Positions 62,763 to 64,000 of a stretch of 64,000 nt of DNA are shown here, one piece after another; the stretch's first letter is position 1, and each line of letters starts with the position of its first letter. Both the position numbers and the translations under genes were made by a program. The notes beneath the pieces were generated by a model that was not told the DNA's origin, did no database searches, and saw only the letters and a list, made by a program, of their open reading frames with translations. This stretch comes from Saccostrea echinata (taxonomy: Eukaryota), in the NCBI RefSeq assembly GCF_033153115.1, contig NW_026889805.1:8246001-8310000 (forward strand), written 5' to 3'.

Positions 62763-63543
62763 GAAAAACTTTAACCTTGGCCATATCTTTTGAACAGTTG
62801 GTGCTGAGGGTTTCAAACTTCACATGTGTATTCCTTGTGACAAGACCTTCCTCTGGATATCAACCACTTTGACCCTTTGACCTTGACCTAGGAGGTTGAC
62901 CTACTTTTGAAAAACTTTAACCTTGGCCATAACTTTTGAATGGTTGGAGCCAGGGCTTTCATACTTCACATATGTAATCCTTGCGACAAGACCTTCCTTT
63001 GGATATCAACCACCACTTTGACCTTTTGACCTTGACCTAGGAGTTTGACCTACTTTTGAAAAACTTTAACCTTGGCCATAACTTTTGAATGGTTGATGCT
63101 AGAGCTTTCATACTTCACATATGTAATCCTTGTGACAAGTCCTTCCTTTGGGTACCAACCACTTTGACCCTTTGACCTTGACCTAGGAGTTTGACCTACT
63201 TTTGAAAAACTTTAACCTTGGCCATAACTTTTAAATGGTTGGTGCTAGGGCTTTCATACTTCACATATGTAATCCTTGTGACAAGATCTTTTGGATACCA
63301 ACCACTTTGACCTTGACTTGACGTTTGACTTTCATTTAAAAAACTTTAACCTTTGCCATAACTTCTGAACAGTTGTATCTAGGTCTTTCAAATTTCACAG
63401 GTGTATTCCTCGAGACAAGACCTTTCTTTGGGTATCAACATTTCTTATCTTTTGGCCTGGATTTGACTTGCATTTGAAGAAACTTTAACCTTCGCCATAA
63501 GCTGCCATACGGGGGCATCAGTGTTTCACAAACACATCTTGTT
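62339..63543 (+). mobile_element. HINE/Helentron-like element with (gtct/gttt) microsatellite and ~7 units of ~146 bp, family D
   Basis: 5' tttatgcccccg with hairpin cccccggatc..gatcccggggg, 3' subterminal cgggggcat, and 3' hairpin gtgtttcacaaacac. Units contain tgaccttgacc. Confidence 0.88.
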
Positions 63544-64000
63544 TTTAAATTCTTAAGTAATAAATTCAATTTGACTTGGAATTAGAGGGATATTATTGTA
63601 GTGTGTACAACTTTGCCAATGATGGGATGCTAGTTTTGTATAATTAATAATTACATAGACTAACATTGGCCATGCCAAAAAAAAAAACCACTACTTGTAA
63701 AATGTGTCACAATGAAGAGATGACGAGTGACACGTACTATTATTTAAAAAGTAGAAGTGTAAAAGTGCCATTTTAATTGTGTGTCACTTGATGAAATACT
63801 CGGGAAACTTAAAAATACATGTGTCACTACCAAAAAAATTTACTAGATCATGCATCTTTATTTTCCATATTGATCAAAGTTGCTAATATGCACACTGCAA
63901 TGACCACCATGTTATAATATTCATCCCCTTAAAAAACAGTTAAAAGGGTCATAGTGCCTGGTCCTGGAACAATATGCAGAATACCATTTGACCATTTCGT

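Noticed and set aside
1-64000. Enrichment of CAGGTG/CAGGTA (Snail/ZEB-type) boxes in introns
   Set aside because: The number noticed by eye is about what base composition predicts; a proper count is needed.

Overview
This is AT-rich eukaryotic DNA. The repeat families (Helentron-associated HINE/CvA-like elements carrying ~146-bp satellite units, and a Deu/Nin-domain SINE) suggest a bivalve, probably an oyster; the species cannot be determined from sequence alone. Almost the whole window is one plus-strand gene of the Shroom family (actin/Rho-kinase adaptor for apical constriction). I could splice 11 exons in frame from 1928 to 61157 (6738 nt, 2245 aa plus stop). They encode the second half of a PDZ domain, a long S/P-rich middle region including a 3294-nt exon, and a C-terminal ASD2/SD2 domain. 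The first PDZ exon lies upstream of the window. Most notable: (1) up to seven candidate ATG-initiated alternative first exons in the introns, all ending in phase 2, which matches the downstream acceptors; one encodes a textbook N-myristoylation start (MGLSASK). (2) The conserved ROCK-binding Arg of the SD2 motif SLSGRLA is replaced (KVSGLLA). (3) A 310-bp TRIM retroelement has LTRs that contain a tRNA-like sequence. (4) The PDZ-exon splice acceptor is present in four tandem copies. The introns also hold nested non-autonomous transposons and minisatellites. All splice models are inferred from sequence and need RNA-seq.
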